Positions 63,001-64,000 of a stretch of 64,000 nt of DNA are shown here, piece after piece. Location: contig NC_043007.1 in assembly GCF_006345805.1 (NCBI RefSeq), forward strand, positions 10,292,001 to 10,356,000. The letters run 5' to 3'. Each line of letters begins with the position of its first letter. The stretch's first letter is position 1. Both the position numbers and the translations under genes were made by a program. The notes beneath the pieces were generated by a model. The model was not told the origin of the DNA. It ran no database searches and saw only the letters and a program-made list of their open reading frames with translations. Source of the stretch: Octopus sinensis (Eukaryota).

Positions 63001-64000
63001 TAAGTTAAAACTCTCGATGTCAGTCTCTCTCTCTATATATATATATGTACCAACGAACGAAATTCTCAGACCTTGAGTCGCCCTTTTGCTTCTGCTAAAT
63101 ATTAGTAATATGTGGGGGGGGGGAGTGCATCTGTGTGTATACATACATCTGCGCATGAATACACACACACACTCACAAACACTCACACACTCACACACAC
63201 ACACACACACATATGCTTATCCACTTTAGTTTTTGTGCATGTTCCATACTGATTGCCGTCCTTTAATCTCCTGAATCTTGTTTAGGGCATCCTGTTATGC
63301 TATAGTGTATTACGTTACTATATGAAAACACAATGGTGACAAGGGGTCTTCCACTTTAACAACTTGGAGATAACGTCCAAACGAGAGACTCTCTCCACCG
63401 TTACTAACCTGCTAGAAATTGCGACAAAGTCACCTTTAAATCACATCATACCATATTAAGTAATGAATTCTATACTGAACATTGTAGAGTGCGATGTGCA
63501 AAAATCGGAATGGTCACTGTTGATAACTCTTACCCACGCATCTACTCAATCAAAGTCGATCTAGTTCACAGTTATACTATATAGAGAAAAGGCCCTGTGC
63601 TACAGTTATGAACTTTCAACTATATATGTACATATAGATATATATACATACGAGCAAAACACCTACCGTCCAATGGTGCTGAGTTGTCAAACATTTAAAC
63701 CAAATTTTCTCAAAAAAACTTGTCCGACCCTCCCATAGGCCTTCCATTTGAGAAACACTGATTTAACCTAAATTTGAGACACCAGCAAAAGAAGAAATAT
63801 ATACTTTTTTCTATTCGAAAGAAAAACGATTTTATTCACACAAATATGCAACCGAAGAGTTTAAAGTACCACTAATGATAAGGCTGTTGACTGGGAGAGC
63901 ATAAACATGGTTTTAAACAGTAAGCTTTGGGGGAAAGAAACGTGCCTTTAAACAGTACAAAACAAAAAAATGGAAGGTGCAGTTATGTACAGGTTGACGG

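Overview
AT-rich, microsatellite- and transposon-dense animal genomic DNA with one 100-N scaffold gap (60096-60195). The SINE/LINE repertoire suggests a cephalopod (octopus-like) genome; this is inference. The only host genes I can support form a tandem, same-strand (minus) array of class A (rhodopsin-like) GPCR paralogs: three intact single-coding-exon genes (14556-15785, 39628-40842, 56727-57935) and a fourth, 3'-truncated copy running into the gap (59753-60095). Each intact copy has a splice acceptor exactly 37 nt before the MSS start. A matching GTAAGT donor recurs in four paralogous upstream blocks, implying a non-coding first exon and introns of about 11.1, 8.6 and 0.44 kb. The paralogs differ mostly by amino-acid-changing substitutions at ligand-pocket positions of TM3 and TM6. 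The rest is decayed mobile DNA: R4/Dong-like LINEs in (TAA)n arrays, a non-autonomous (TAA)n-associated element, L1/Tx1-like pieces, a Gypsy pol with LTR, Penelope-like RT and termini carrying minimal hammerhead-like motifs, Helitron ends, a hAT-like transposase relic, a Tigger-type MITE and several tRNA-derived SINE families. Boundaries of degenerate repeats are approximate; all alignments were done by eye.
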